64,000 nt of DNA from Tubulanus polymorphus. Taxonomy: Eukaryota; Animalia; Nemertea. Below are positions 36,160 through 48,990 of this stretch, piece by piece. The notes beneath the pieces are model-generated. The model searched no databases. It was not told where the DNA came from and was given only the letters and a program-made list of their open reading frames with translations. Each line of letters opens with the position of its first letter. Position 1 is the stretch's first letter. The position numbers and the translations under genes are program-made. The stretch is taken from positions 12,742,451-12,806,450 of the forward strand of contig NC_134035.1 of the NCBI RefSeq assembly GCF_964204645.1. The letters are read 5' to 3'.

Positions 36160-37994
36160 CACACGGGTTTATGTACCGGATGTATGCGGCCAGTTTTAGG
36201 CACAAGCTCGAACTACCGATCACACAATCGATTCTTTTGCGACCTCGAATTAATTACTCATATTCTCAGCGATAAAGAGACTCTGAATTGAAAAAAGCCC
36301 TAAATAGAAGTCATAATAAAAAACTAACCTGCACCTACGAGCTGCTATTATAGTGTATCCACATCGAAAAAAATTAATGAATTAATATATATCCCTTTAA
36401 GCTTTTACACTCTAATATATATATATATATACAGACCCTATCGAGTATTTCCACCTGGTCATCACGGAGTTATAGAAAACATTAGCAGATGAAGCCTTTA
36501 GTATATATTGCCTACGTATATGATAGATCGGTTCGCAAAACGACTGTTTTTTCCACCACGAGGTCGCGTTCAATGATGTACGCGCACCGTAGCTGAAAGG
36601 CGACCTTCGCGTCCAATCTGCTACCGCGCTTAATTCGCTATTGATCTCATATAATAATCGGAGTCGTCCCTCCCTCGCCCGTCCGTCGCACCAGTCAACG
36701 GAAAACAACGACATATAAACACATATAAACACACACACACACACATGCGCGCGGTCTAAACACCGACTCGTGTGAATCAATGATACATATGTTTCTGCAA
36801 GTAGTAATAATATAAACGTCGATAGGAGCGGGATATCTCACGAGAGAGATCGAGAAAAGGCGCTATGTGATGAGCTTCATTAAGATATTAACGCGGGAGA
36901 CGAGCCGAGTGGCAATCTTCCGTTTTATTACTAGCTACAAAATGTTTGAAGAGCGATGAAGAATCCATTCTCGAAGTGGTGACAGCGCAGTTTCACCAGG
37001 AACTACAGCGACCCCCATTCAATTGCGGGAATTACTGAACATGTAATCAAACGATCTTAGCTTCAGTTTTATCGCTTGTCAATAAAATGGATGTCGCGCA
37101 TGTAAAACCCGCGTAGTTGTAAGACATAAGTAGCCTACATTCTTTCGCAACTATCTAGAACCCCCCAAGAATTACTTCACCCAGTCCTGAAAGTGGCTGG
37201 TTCGCGGCAGTCGAACACGCCACTGTAGTGCTCACGAGGGGGTTCAACTTGAACTGACTTAACCCCTGATTTAGGGGGTGGTCTCGGGGGTCCGGAACCC
37301 TGCCTTCCCATTGAAGTTGCCCTCTTCGTCGAGGCAGAGAAAAGCAAAGAAACTTCCTTTCGGAAATTGCGTATAATTCGGACGCAAAATGATCTAATAA
37401 CGATGGTTGGACGCCGATAGCAGCCTATGAAATGGCTGCTTCAACTGATAGAATTCATTTTCTTTCCTTCTGGTACCCGACCATACAATGTTCCTAGATC
37501 AGCCCATGCCCATGGGCTGCAATATAGCGATAGTCAACACTATAATTCGCAGTGAATAAAACAGTAATCACAATGTGTCGTAATTAAGACAATCTCAGGT
37601 TTCTGATTTTTCCACCGAAACTTGAACGAACGAAGACTGACGTTCCATTTCGTCATTTCGAAATAGTGTTGATGTCATCGGGATTTAATTTTGCTCATGT
37701 ACAACATCACGACGACGCTGTCCGATAGAAAGAAGAGTTGATTCAGTAAACATTCCGATGTAGCGCCAGGAGTGACTGCAGGGAGGTTATTGTGTACGTG
37801 TCCTGCGTTACCGATCACACTAAACAACAACACGACAAACATAACAGAATGACGTTACAGGTGAACACACGTGACCTGGGTACATTCGTATTTTGGGATT
37901 TAGAAATTGGCCAAAGGTTATTGGTCGACGGTTACTCAATCGGTTTTATTCAGCGCTGGATTGATTAACCGGGAACTTTCGTGGATGACATTAT

Positions 37995-38357
37995 CACTGT
38001 TCCCCAACCCCGCTCCTACCCTTGACACTGTTCCCCGTTCCCCGTGGAACGACCCTTGTCGCTGTTTTCCCGCTCACCGCGGAACGGCCCTTGTCACTGT
38101 TCCCCACCACGTTCCCCGTGGAACGGTCCTTGACACTGTTCCCCGTTCCCTGTGGAACGGCCCTTGTTGCTGTTTTCCCGCTCCCCGTGGAACGGCCCTT
38201 CGTCGCTGTTTTCCCGCTCACCGCGGAACGGCCCATGTCACTGTTCCCCACCACGTTCCCCGTGGAACGGTCCTTGACACTGTTCCCCGTTCCCTGTGGA
38301 ACGGCCCTTGTTTCTGTTTTCCCGCTCCCCGTGGAACGGCCCTTCGTCGCTGTCGCT
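37995..38357. repeat. GC-rich complex minisatellite (ccccgtggaacgg subunits)
   Basis: Recurring ctgttcccc / cccgtggaacggccctt blocks. Confidence 0.85.
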
Positions 38358-39044
38358 GACTTATATTAACGTATAGCTACGTTCTCGATCGAATTGAACA
38401 GCCGGAATTAGATCTTGATGAAATCATTAACTATATTCTTACCGGTTTTGAAATATCTTCAATATACTAATATATACTTGACTTAATAAATTTTACCAAA
38501 ATATATTTTGTACGGAAAGTCATTGTATGTATCTTATCTGTCTAAGCAGTTTTCTACATGATAAGCGTCAATTCGCGTTATAGATTTATCAATTTACGAG
38601 GAATTATTTATGAGAGTAAAGCTATGCGGTAAGATGAAGATGTTATAGAGAGAATGGGATGGATATATCGCGTAGTATATCAAATATCTACCCGCGTACA
38701 ACACGTGACACGACTACAAATTCAAACATAGAACAGATCAACGATAAAACGAGGAAAGAGCTTCGTGAAATGAGGACGTTATTGGTTACAGTACGATATT
38801 CAACTGGCGATTATTAGTATGATCACGGACTCTACTAAAACGTTTTAGCGTCCATGGTATGATCGACATTACTTGAGAACTGCGGTGTTTCAGCATCAGG
38901 TTCTAGAAGACTTCAACAGCAAAGCATGGATTCATTCGTTCCTAGGTATATCCGAATCTGACAACCAAACGACACGCGCGTGCCTGGTGTCACCGCGCTC
39001 ACCTGGTCACCGTTAGACAAACTTCCGAACTGTGTCTGTCGCCA

Positions 39045-39112
39045 GAGCTCACTGGTCTAGTGGTTAGCACATTAGCGGTTAGATCGAGGTCCTTGGTTCG
39101 AGTCCTGGTCAA
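39045..39112 (+). mobile_element. tRNA-derived SINE head / tRNA-like relic
   Basis: A box TGGTCTAGTGG and B box GGTTCGAGTCC, but no complete cloverleaf. Confidence 0.55.
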
Positions 39113-39382
39113 CCGTTATGGATGGGAGCGTTTTTTGTTTTTGTTTTGGCGAATATTCATATTTTTGTGTGAAAACTGCTACAGCGTTTTAGGCAGAAGC
39201 TGTCATAAGATGAACAATCATAAGGTTTTCGCCATAATTAATACACCAATGCCATTACCCAGTGCACGTGGAGGCCTACAGCTGGCGCGCGTTTAAGATG
39301 GAATATTCTTGCTAATCAACCGATTAAAACTCGAATCAGCTGTGAATCCCATAATATGACACAGTTAATAGTGAATACTCAC

Positions 39383-39413
39383 GTTCAATGAACCAATCAT
39401 CGTATTGTATCAT
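39383..39413 (-). CDS. Candidate very short alternative first coding exon (10 aa)
   Basis: MIQYDDWFIE then C|GTGAGT; 31 nt = phase 1. Confidence 0.35.
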
Positions 39414-39719
39414 CACTTTTTATTTTTAAATATATATATATATATATATCGATGACACACGTCGATGAAATATCAGCAGCTGAACAGTGTATGGTATTAA
39501 TATATTAATTAATACAAATGTTTTGTACCGATTTATTCCTACGGCTGATGATGATTGCACACATGTGCTTTTCCTGGCATTTGAATTTATCGGAAAAATG
39601 TGTCGCAGCTGTCAAAACGAAACAAAACAATGCATTGTAGCTGACTTCGAATAAAATCCTATCAAACAAGTGACATTTTCATTGCATCCATTTCCATAGA
39701 TTGTGTGGGCTTAATTCGA

Positions 39720-39950
39720 CTCTGAACCCAGTTCCACCAGTTATGTGGCTTTAACTTACTCTGAACCCAGTTTCACAGTTATGTGGCTTTAACTTTACTC
39801 TCAACCCAGTTCCACAGTTGTGTGGTTTTGATTCAACCCTCGACCCAGTTCAAGATTTGTGAGGATTTATTTTGACTCATAGCTTTGTGGGTTTTATTTT
39901 GACTCTGAACGCAATCCCACGGCTTTGTGGCATCGATTTGACTATGAACC
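39720..39950. repeat. Degenerate ~39-bp tandem repeat related to a MITE TIR
   Basis: Unit actctgaacccagttccacagttatgtggcttta contains the cccagttccacagt TIR of 44802-44911. Confidence 0.65.
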
Positions 39951-40029
39951 TAATTTCAAACTAATCACTGATATCAATATTATCTAATCCAACCGATCAG
40001 TTGATTAAGCACAAGAGTTTATATCTTAC

Positions 40030-40765
40030 CGACTCCTTCCGATTGTATCGTAGAAGATGACGCTGATTTTCGATCCCAGTTATCAAAATCGTGTCTGTTG
40101 TTATTCAACCCGTAACGCCGCGCCGCTATTCCGTTTTTGAGATCCAATAAATGATTAGTTTCAAATAGATTGTCGTCGTTGTTACGATGGTGATGGGTGA
40201 GAGGGCGGATGACCGGTCGTCCGGTGCAGATCCCGCCGGGCCAGGTATCACTAGCTCTTCTGCAGTATCCAACGTCACTATTCACAATACTCGTCGCTGT
40301 TTCAAATCGAATATCGTTGTTTGCTATAAGTTTTTCAGGGAGACCCAGACCCGACCGTCGCCGATTCGAAGTACTACATTGTAAAACCGTATTCCCGACG
40401 TTATAGACATAGTTCCTATAGGCGACCTCATCGAAAATCACCTTCGGGACGTGATTTCGTAAACATCTCGATTTTAAATCCGATTTTTGATTAGGTTCGG
40501 GATTCGGTCCGTTAGGTACACGCGTCGGTTCAGCTGTAGATGCAGTTTTCCCGTGGAACAAGTTCGCGCGATTCGCTCTGACGGAAATCCCCTGAATCGA
40601 TGACGTCACTGCGGGAATTTCGGCGACTTTCTTCAGATCAGGTCTCAACAATTTGCCGGCTTCGTTTCTCTCGAGGTATGTCTCCGGACGAGTGAGCGTT
40701 TCGTACTGATTCCTTATCGCGTAGCCTTTAGATTTACGGTTGAACTTCAGCGGCATAGTTTTCAT
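40030..40765 (-). CDS. Candidate alternative first coding exon of PLC (245 aa)
   Basis: MKTMPLKFNRK...SEGV then G|GTAAGA; 736 nt = phase 1; long stop-free ORF. Confidence 0.65.
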
Positions 40766-42312
40766 AAACAGCCACCGAGGCACATTTAGGCCCGCGTCCT
40801 TTAGGCCTGTACACGTTACGGTATCGGTTTGTTTTCGAAAGAAGACAGTAAAAATGCTTCCAAAACGGGATTTGCCCTCTATCAATCCAAAGCTCACGCA
40901 ATCGCCGGAGAAAACAAACCCGATCTTCGATAATCCATAGATTTTCTATATGCTAGGTGTTGATTGAGCGACCGAGACAAATCACACGACAGTTACAACG
41001 ATGGATTCCTGACGACACGAAACTTAAACAGCGCCGCGTAAAATTCCGATATTTGTTGATATGAAAATGCGTTTTATATCATAAGGTTTTTTATCTCGTA
41101 TAAAACGTTTGACTCTTAAACACTGGATGAATACTTTACATAATATAACTATAGATGTCAACACGTGTGCGCCTCCTTAAATATGGATCGAATACTTGGT
41201 TCGCAACGGATCCCGTTGTACATTATGTACAGTACACAGGAACAGGGACTATAGTTTACAGATTTTCTTTCATATTTGCGTAAAAAAATAAGGCGTATTG
41301 CTCTATTTTAGAAACTATAAAGTGAAGTACCTTTATTAACGAAACAAAAGGTGACACTTAGGTAATGAATTCTATGTATGTATATATAGGGGAAGGTGAC
41401 GGCGGTTATTGAGGTTGTTGAAATACATATATACATCGCGTCTGAAGGATTTTTATGTCGGAAGCATCTGCGACGGGACTCGATAACACGACGCAGCTGT
41501 GTGCGCCGTTCATTCAACTTATATCGTCGAATGAGAAGAGAATGTGCAGAAGTCGCCTCATAGCGCGTTCACTCGTCGCGCGGGCGGTACCGTCAAAAAG
41601 AAACGGCTACTTGCCACACTCAAAAAACGTGGAGAAAGATTATTTGTAAATACAACTGATCAAAATCCACTTTGCACCGTACATTCAACTTCAATGGAAT
41701 GAGAAAAAAATAAGACTTCGCGTTGACCGTCTTGTCGCGGGATATACCGTCAAAAGAAACGCATGTAGCACATAGTAGACTGTATAGCCACACTCAAACT
41801 TCAGAGAGATTTGATCAAAAACTGACCAAAAAAACCCACTTTGCACCGAACATTCAACTTGAATGGAATGAGCTGAATAAAGTCTTCGCATTTACGTGTT
41901 GGGATATACCGTCGAAAGAAACGACCGTGACACAATATGCGATTCATCCAATAGCATAAATCAACAAGTTTCTTTTTCAGTTTTGTTCTAACACGGGTTA
42001 AGCCACAGTGACAACTCTGTAACAGGGGTAAACCGTTGTTCGAATAGCTATAGACCCAAGATGGTCTCAGACTATTAGATCGGTAATAGAACTAAGGTGG
42101 TCTTAGACTGGTGTTAACGGGTTACGGGTTATGCAACAGTGAAATCTATATTATGATAAAGAGGGAAACGGCTATAGAGCTAAGGCGATCTCAGACAGGT
42201 CATAAATCTAAGAAACTGCAGCCTCTGAATGTCTGTACATACCACAGCGAACGTCACGTACTGTTTATTACTGTTTACCCGCAGACGATACCACGCGCGT
42301 ATTGGTAATTAC

Positions 42313-42400
42313 CTTCGTAGTCGTGGTCGATTAGCTGATTACTGTCCGGTTTCACCTGACTCGCATCAGAAAGCGTCATTTTCTTCCGTTTCGAAGACAT
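42313..42400 (-). CDS. Candidate alternative first coding exon of PLC (29 aa, KRKK)
   Basis: MSSKRKKMTLSDASQVKPDSNQLIDHDYE then G|GTAATT; 88 nt = phase 1. Confidence 0.55.
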
Positions 42401-42727
42401 AACAATTGCTTATATCTACCGGGTATCTATGCATTAATACTCACGACTATACTGTGAAGAAAACGCCTATACGATTGAAAACGTCTTATCATTCGTGTCA
42501 AAGATTATAATACGAGGTTTTTTCCGCCGGCCGAAATTATACTTAATCGAGGGCGGTTAAAGTCTAATTCAAAACTAAAGAATCGCTCTGAATAATATGT
42601 ACTTAGAAGTTCGGCTTCTTAAGAAATTATGTTTATCTTATCTTGTTTATATTATCTTAAGTATTTACCTTAACTAAAAAAATTCGTACCTTCGAAACAA
42701 ACATTATTTAAGAACCGACCCCCAATA

Positions 42728-42806
42728 CAGCCTATCAACAGCCTATCACCAGCCTATCAACAGCCTATCAACAGCCTATCAACAGCCTTTCACTAGCCTA
42801 TCACTA
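42728..42806. repeat. 11-bp tandem repeat (cagcctatcaa)
   Basis: Directly visible, about 7 units. Confidence 0.85.
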
Positions 42807-43692
42807 TCCTACCTGTCTTACTGTTAACTAGGAAAACCACGAATAAAATTCAAACTCGGGAAGATACATAAGAAAAATCCATTGCTATGCTTAGTTATAA
42901 TTAAAGACGTTTTTAACGGTAAACTCGAATAGTCACGCGTCGAACTATTGATGTTGTCTATCCAAGTCGTATATTGCATGACTTTGATGTATATATTCAG
43001 CAACAGCTTGTTCAATTTCATTTGAAGAGAACTCGACTCAGATCTTTTCTGAAGAGCTTTAATTAAACTATTCACGCGGCGGAAATTGAATTTTGTATGG
43101 ATATCGCCGAAAACTGGGACTCGGTCTGCGCTGGCGCGCTGCAGATTCATTAGTCGAAACACGCACGGAAGTCGCATCACACAAAACCATTCAATCCAAT
43201 TCATTCTTTATTGACGCCGCTCAATATGCCGTTTCGTTTGACCCACAGAAAGTTGTCCATGCGCTTTGAACGCGAACTCATCGAAAACAACTTGCACCGT
43301 ACGTTGACAGGTTTCAGTCGGCAGCTGGTCCGATTTCGCGCAGCGAGCGTTCATAAAGTAACGCACCCAAAAATCTTACGATTTTATCATCAAATTTTCT
43401 ATACGTTTTGATTCACACAAACAGGCGATTTTTTTAGTTTGATACATTTAAAGTACAGACATAATCACCAATACATCCTCACGTGAAGGTACGTAACTTT
43501 CTCCCGTTACAACCCTCAGCCCCTCAGCCCCAATTTCCGGGTAACGGGTCCGTGCCAAAAATTAGATCCCCCTCCTTCCAAAATAGCTACGAACGTTTTG
43601 GACTCTCTCGTAAAATTCGAATCAATTTTCGAGATTTAAATCGCAACAAATAATACATGAATCGGTTACAACTACACAAAATAGACTCTTAC

Positions 43693-43882
43693 CTTTCGAA
43701 TCGACGCGTTTGAGTATTTTGGTGCCGCGTCGAGTCGACCGGCCGCTCTTCCTTTTGAATAAACTCCCTCGACTCAACCGTCTACCAGCCGACGAGCGAC
43801 GTCGTTTAGTCGACACTGGGGGAGACGGTTCCGCATCTGAAGCCTGTATTGAACTGGTCAGTCCTACAGACTCACTCGCCAT
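43693..43882 (-). CDS. Candidate alternative first coding exon of PLC (63 aa, polybasic)
   Basis: MASESVG...KRVDSK then G|GTAAGA; 190 nt = phase 1. An upstream acceptor (~43977) and donor (~45091) suggest a 5'UTR exon. Confidence 0.65.
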
Positions 43883-44801
43883 ATTCAGCGGAAATATCTA
43901 CCAGACGGTTGTCTATACGTTTTAATTGATTCTTACTAGTTTTTTTCAAAAATCGAATTCTCGCTTCTACAAGTTCTACAAAAACAGAAAATTAAAATCA
44001 AAATGGTGAATGTTTGAATCGGAATAATTTGGGAAACCATCGCGATGAAATTTGCTTTAGAATTAGGTCCGTAGCGTGAATGATTTTGTTGGCGATTCTT
44101 AATCGTCGAAATGTGGACCACTTTGACAATAACCCTGTTCTCAAACACATTACCACCTGATACTTCTATAAGCCCGCCGCACACAGCATAACATTCATTT
44201 CACCAAAACAGAAAACACGTTTTTCACAAAGAGTTTTTTGTAAAACGTTTTTCTCTCTAACGAAAAAACGTTCAACGCACACGACACGGCATAACAAAAA
44301 CCCCGAAAACGAGGAAACGGTTTTTTACGTGCCGTCTGGCTATAGTTGTAACTAAACCCAGTGCCGTGTTTTAATTTGACACCATCCCCTCGACGAGTTC
44401 CGAAACGAATAGTTGAAACTTGTGTTTATCGAATACACGGTTTTGTCACCACCCTATAAAACGATATTCATACAGATACAGACTTTGCTGATTCACTGAG
44501 AGATCAGGTATCATCGGGTGTATTTATGATGCATGTGTGTGACATGTTTCATCCGATAGTAAACAGAAATACGACACAACCGATGAAGAACTAAAAAATG
44601 TATATTTCAGCAGTATGCGATCATACATACATACATGCATTATACACTGTCGGCAACAACGCTTTCAATAGATTAACACAAAAATAGTGTATAAGCAGAG
44701 ATACAACAACTAAAATCTGTTTTACTGACGTTTTGGAAAGATTTCTTCTTTCCATCTTCAGATATTGATGAAAAATAAATGACTGGACAGTGTAAACCTC
44801 T

Positions 44802-44911
44802 GGACCCAGTTCCACAGTCAAGAGTTAGAGTGAACTCTGAGTTAAAATTAGTTCATTTTCAAAGAGTTAACTCTGAGTCAAATCTTAACTCAGAACTGTG
44901 GAACTGGGTCC
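44802..44911. mobile_element. 110-bp MITE (GGACCCAGTTCCACAGT TIR, CWG-type flanks; Harbinger-like)
   Basis: Near-perfect TIRs; a second copy lies at 63631-63740. Confidence 0.8.
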
Positions 44912-47332
44912 AGGAGATGGAAAAAAGAAACGTCAGGATAACGTCAAGATTCTAGTTGTTGATTCTTCATTTTTGCGGTATCTTTGTATACGAAAGCTCC
45001 TGCACTTGTTCAGCAGTTTTTGTTGTTGTTGTTGTTTTTGTTACAAATTAAAAAAAATTCTTAAAAACATACAGACCGATTTCACGTTTACCTGAGCCAC
45101 AAATCCTCGATTTCTTCGGCTTCGTTGTTAATCTATTACGACAACAAGTTCTATATTATGAACAAGGAAAGAACTCCAAATATTGAGACAAGGTCAAATC
45201 ACTGGTTTCCAATACTGCATGATCGATATATTCGCCAATAAGTACAAATGAAGATATATCTAGGTTTGACCGGTTTTGATTCAAGAATCAGTTTCAAGCA
45301 AATAATCGATAAGATTATCCCTAGCTTTTTAGCCTGAATTCCTTGAAATAACTGAAATTCTCTTCGATCCAATATAAGGAAGGTTTATATCATCAAATCA
45401 ATCGACAGAGCGTCTTTAAAATTCCCAAACAACAACAGTACTCATAAACAAAAAATTTGAGAAAAAGGAAAAGCGGTGATTGACAAAAATCAGATTCTAC
45501 TGATTTTGTCGGTAAATCCGAAAAAAATTTAAAATTCAAAACGGTATGAACAGTGCGTAGATTTTCTTCTGAGAAATCCAATTCCTAAATAGAAAACTAA
45601 AACAGTTTCTAGAAATCCAAGTGAGAACGAATTACGAGAGAACAGTTTAGATATTCCTACGATTCGTAGATGAGAGAGAAATCGCCAGTTGAAAACAGAT
45701 CTCCAAGAGACTAACGACACCGTCTTCCGACGAGAAATCCAATTCGTGTAAATGTGAAGTGTCTATTGCAGCCGTCTGAAGTAAGTTGTACTCCTGACGT
45801 CACATCCGAGTGTCATATTATACAACACATTTATATATATATGTATATAGACATCCATCTTGTCATAGTAGACGAGGAGAAGCGAGTTAATATGTCACCT
45901 TACTGTCGTATAAACGGTTTCTATCTATCAACACGATGATCAATACACATAGTCAGAGACAGGTATAAATATCATCGCTGTTATCCTCGGCAGCAAATAG
46001 AGATACCGCTTGATAGAGCGAGACGCGGCAACAACTAAACTTAAAACATCATCGGAAAGTCATCAGCCATGTTTTATGATCGGTATAGAGTGACATACAC
46101 TGCGCGAGAGAGAGGCAGAGCTTAGCACGATTTTCGTTAATGGGAAAATCACCGCCGGCTTTACGCCGTTCTATATATAAACGACGCTATTGATTCTTCT
46201 CGGTTCGATTCTTCTCTGTGACGGTGGTGACATTTAACTTTTACCTCTCTCTCCCCTTTCTCTACCTTTGTTTCTTTCGCAATCTCTAACCATCCCCCTC
46301 CACACCTTTCAGTTGTGGTCCTCTGCTCTACTACACGACGTTCGAAGCGTGAGATATGATTTATACCGACCGCGGATTAAGTAATAAGGTGATTAAGTCT
46401 CTCCGTGTAGCCGCATGATCTTGTTTATTTTCCTTTCCCCCCATAACCCTTACCCTAATCTTAATAATAATGTTCAATGATGCAGCATCTTATTGGAGAA
46501 ATAAATTTCTATCTTTATATTCTTACGACATATGTCTTATCTTATGTCTTGTCTCTTAGCTATGTTAAAATCGTAGTTCTTCGATTTTACCACATTTCCT
46601 CATTAACTGCGATGAACACAATTTTTTGTTTCTTTCTTCTTATTTTCAAGTAGATTTCAATGCAATTTACAACATCACTCAGATATTGTTTATCGATATA
46701 CAGCCTCACCTTGTTTACGACAAGACGATACTGTCCTTGCAATCAATCTATCTTACCTTGTTTATTGTTAGTATCTCTCATTTTGCCTTGATTAATGTAA
46801 CCAATCCCTCTATATTCCTTACCTTGTTTAGAGTCTATCAGATTAATCCATCTCACCGGAGCACAGAACGCCCGCGTATTTTATATATATTTGATGAGTT
46901 GCTGTGATTTAATGGAGTTCCTAAATATAGCTCGACGCGTTACAGGCCCCTGAAAAACCTGCCAGCATCGTCACCACCACCGACAGCAGCGGCAGCAGCA
47001 TCATCATCCAGCTACAGACTACAAGACTCTGGAGTCTGGCGAGTAAGATCGATTTGACTGCTGAACGAGTGAAGAAAAATATCTGAGGAGTGACGACGAC
47101 GGTGCGTAGGTCACGCACACACTGTCTATCCAGGGGTTCACTTCCGGTGTGAATTCTGCCGGGATTTTAGAGTGAAATAAATGTTTTGATAATTTATCCA
47201 AAATGTGTACAAGTAGAACGATAACCACACTCAAACGTGGTGAACAGATGATAAGATAAAAACCCACTATTTACAAATTAAAAGAATTCTAAAATCGAGA
47301 ATTCATTTATTGATACAATCTAGAATATAAGA

Positions 47333-47376
47333 ACACGACGTTTCGACTCACCCAAGAGATCATCATCATCAGGTGT
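47333..47376 (-). ncRNA. Minimal hammerhead ribozyme motif in foldback element 47248-47454
   Basis: ACAC-CUGAUGA-(UGAU)GAUCUC-UUGGGU-GAGUC-GAAAC-GUC-GUGU. Confidence 0.6.
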
Positions 47377-48480
47377 ATTTAGATTGTATCAATAAATAAA
47401 TTCTCGATTTCATAATTATTTTAATTTGTAAATAGTGGGTTTTTATCTTATCATGTGTACAAGTAGTCTCAACGCGTAACCGAACCTTTATTATGCATCA
47501 ACAATAATTGTAATTGATTTTTTTAAGGAGGTAAGGTTGGTAGACGTGGATTTTGCTTTCAACTGAGGCAGATTAATTTCCTCTTTAATAAAATTGTTAG
47601 TCCTCTTTACTATTAAGTTGCTACAGAACTTGTTAAACATGACAAATATTTTATCAATGCACACAGTTCAACTCGATACCTCATTTTCCTCACAGAATTT
47701 TGACTGATCAGATTCAGTATCTAAAAAAAATCTATTCGAACACGTAGGAAAATATTGTAGGAAAATATCATCAGAGGGAATGAGATCGGGTGATCCAGTG
47801 ACTTAGATTAATGTCATTATAGCTTTTCGTTCCATTTCAATATACCATCTTCGAGCAAACTTCCAGATCTACCCACCTCACCCCCCCCCCCCACCTCCAA
47901 ATGTATCATATATAGTTAATGAATAATTAATCTTTTCAGTTTCGGTGCCATAATTTTGAAACATCCTGTATAACTTGTGATGTGATGAATTAAAAAGGCT
48001 AATTGCTATGTGGACAGATTAGATGAGTTTAATGAACGACTCAAAGGCCGCCTCGATCCCCCAATTACATCATCAAATCGCATACGAATGGTCTTCAACG
48101 CAGCCATAAATAGAATCACGTACAGGTTATCTGATGACGTCATAGGGGGTCTGGGAGGTAGCCATTCGTTATTGAGAAAGGTAGTAAGTTCATTTTATCG
48201 GTTAAAAAGCTTTCGTGATACAACGCTTACAAATTCAATGTTACGCTATTCAGTTAAACCATGAACTCGCAGCTCCTCCCAGATCAACACGATACACAAT
48301 ACACAATACACAATACACAAATCCCGTTAAATTTGTGACGAACACAAAACAAACTAGTTTTGTTCCATCATCCTTCATCGATCGCGGCTGCAACAGCATC
48401 AGGGACGTCATCGCCATCCAGTAACGGTTGCTAATGGTAACGATTAAGTATCACCTTAACGAATTTACGAAAAGCGTGCT

Positions 48481-48990
<510 letters not shown>

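Noticed and set aside
37907-38369. Three overlapping repetitive ORFs
   Set aside because: GC-rich minisatellite lacking stops; no splice or domain support.
39045-39112. tRNA gene
   Set aside because: A and B boxes are present but there are no proper acceptor or anticodon stems; treated as a SINE head (same for 60008-60085).
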